DNA of 63,715 bases, filler included, from Octopus bimaculoides (taxonomy: Eukaryota): NCBI RefSeq assembly GCF_001194135.2. It is 7 parts of 6 records of this genome, joined end to end, with 100 filler letters (N's around TTAATTAATTAA, not from the genome) between each part and the next. Parts side by side here need not be neighbours in the genome. Positions count along the whole stretch, not along the records: positions 59,981 to 61,987 come from NW_026430798.1; positions 62,088 to 63,715 come from NC_068997.1; 5 more parts are not named here. One strand, 5' to 3'. Shown piece by piece: positions 61,748-63,715 of this stretch (position 1 is its first letter; each line of letters starts with the position of its first letter). Below the pieces are notes generated by a model that saw nothing but the letters and a program-made list of their open reading frames with translations, did not search any database and was not told the DNA's origin. The position numbers and the translations under genes were made by a program.

Positions 61748-61780
61748 CAGTAGTAGTAGTAGTAGTAGTAGTAATAGTAG
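61694..61780. repeat. (AGT)n microsatellite
   Basis: Directly visible. Confidence 0.95.
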
Positions 61781-62087
61781 AGTAGTGGAAGCATCATTAT
61801 CTTCATCATCAACGTTATACTTTATTACTATCATTATTGTTATCATCCGACCCTTGGTGTTCAAAGATATGTTGGACATTAGCGTTCCTCGATTATCCCT
61901 AGAGGTCCTCCTGTGTCAAGGGGACCACATCACTATTATCATACCTACACCCACTTTTATTTTAATTTATGTTTACTATTGTATACTNNNNNNNNNNNNN
62001 NNNNNNNNNNNNNNNNNNNNNNNNNNNNNNNTTAATTAATTAANNNNNNNNNNNNNNNNNNNNNNNNNNNNNNNNNNNNNNNNNNNN

Positions 62088-62131
<44 letters not shown>

Positions 62132-62680
62132 CATATATAGGGGTATGTCTGTTTGTGTGTATGTCTGTATGTGTGTCTGTCTATGTCTATAGCTAGATAG
62201 ATAAATTGAGAGTTTGATTATGTATATTAACCTCTCACTATATCTAAATTTTTATGCAAGATGGCTACTTTTGTATTTCATCAAGTGCAGAACAGGAAGT
62301 AAGTGAAGTCGAATGCCATTCGGCGAAGAACTTTACTCCGTCTGGATCTATCAATTTTTTTTATTAACAATTTGAATTTGTGTCAAGATAAATCTAACAG
62401 CTCAGATCGTCTAAAATGATTGTGTAAGAATATGTAGTTTCTCGGATTGACTTGAACTACAGCTTCTCGCTTGTTGTTTTCTGTACGAATATGATTTGGC
62501 CTCGATATTGCGTGTAACAAGAATATTTTTGATTTCATTGTTCTTTAATTACCAGGCATTTCGACTCTGAGTGTTGTAGCCACTTTTACAGCCATCTAAA
62601 TTGGTGTTTCTCAATCATTTTTGTTATCTATGGATCCCTTTGATTCCTGTTTTACTGGGGTAGACCCTCATAGCCATACA

Positions 62681-62964
62681 ATACCGGGAAACACCAAAAT
62701 GGCAGAAATTCAAAAGATAGTGCTCATGGGAACTGCCCATATCCTACGTAAAATATTGTCTATGTAATCTCAAATCTTAAAACGCATCTATAATTTTCTT
62801 GTTTTCTTAAACATTCTCTAGAACAACACTATGTACAAAACCAAATATATGACACCAAAGGCATAATACCAACATGAACTTCTAACTTGTTGTCTCTTGA
62901 GGTCTCTGAGTGAGACTCCGAGCCAAGTTGTATAAATGCAAAGCAAAAGTCAACCATAATAATA

Positions 62965-63061
<97 letters not shown>

Positions 63062-63070
63062 TAATAATAA
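62681..63070 (+). mobile_element. R4/Dong-type retrotransposon 3' end terminating in (TAA)n
   Basis: IPGNTKMAEIQKIVLMGTAHILRKILSM* (62681-62767), 3' UTR, then (ATA)n at 62956-63070; Dong elements are known to target TAA repeats. Confidence 0.75.
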
Positions 63071-63081
63071 TTCCTTCTGCT

Positions 63082-63200
63082 ATGGGTACAAGGTTTAAAA
63101 TTAGGGAGAAAAAGTTAGTCTATTACATCGACCCTAGCGTTTTGCTTATACTTATTTCGTAGACCCCGTATGCATGAAACGCAAAATTGACCGCAGTAAA
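63082..63200 (-). mobile_element. SINE family B, 3' fragment
   Basis: ggtacaaggtttaaaattagggag...attacatcgaccc. Confidence 0.55.
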
Positions 63201-63555
63201 AAATACATGATGCTTTTTACCATGCAGCCATTGTTACCGAAAATAAGTCAGTGCTTCTCCGTGTGTATGTGCTTGTATGCGTGAATATTTGTGTATGTGT
63301 GTGTGTGTGTGTGTGACAAAGAGAGAGAGAGAGTGATAGTGAGAGAAAAACAGAGACTGACAGGGAGGGAGAGAAACCGTGCAAGAACAAGAGAGATAAA
63401 GAGAGACAGATAAATATATTTTCTTCAAAGAAATACTAGAAAATAAGAAGAGTGCTCCGTAGAAAAATAACTTTTATTGATTATAATCTGTTTCATTTAA
63501 CAAACATCTATAAAAATGTTGAGCATTGGCGCTAGACTACCATCACCCAGCGTAT

Positions 63556-63599
<44 letters not shown>

Positions 63600-63715
63600 G
63601 ATTCATGTCAGTGTTTATACGTTTATTTCGGGCATATTTCATCCTCTGGTTCCATTGTATCTTTATATGATTTTATGGGATAACTCCTGCATCTGCAAGT
63701 GTTATATATATATAT

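Overview
Eukaryotic, AT-rich, gap-ridden draft-assembly DNA. The SINE and LINE families point to an octopus genome (inference from family resemblance, no search run). No complete protein-coding gene, tRNA/rRNA gene or CRISPR array can be supported. Almost all long ORFs in the supplied track are artefacts of N-runs or microsatellites. The window is a very diverse transposon graveyard: many tRNA-derived SINEs, RTE LINE pieces, three Penelope-like elements (one forming a 2-kb palindrome), two R4/Dong and one HERO RLE-type retrotransposon ends, a Gypsy remnant, two Helitron pieces, MULE, Merlin, hAT, maT (DD37D), Tc1-like and three mariner remnants, plus several hairpin/MITE elements. A few isolated candidate exons exist (738-821 on +; a phase-compatible three-exon chain at 55.4-60.2 kb on -). 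The most striking observation is a 60-nt stretch on the - strand at 45891-45950. It contains all three strands of a hammerhead ribozyme, with fully paired stems I and III, but in a non-circularly permuted (pseudoknotted) order. It sits in a dispersed repeat and has a half-copy sibling at 9.2 kb. A second repeat family carries minimal hammerheads with an unusual shared core variant.
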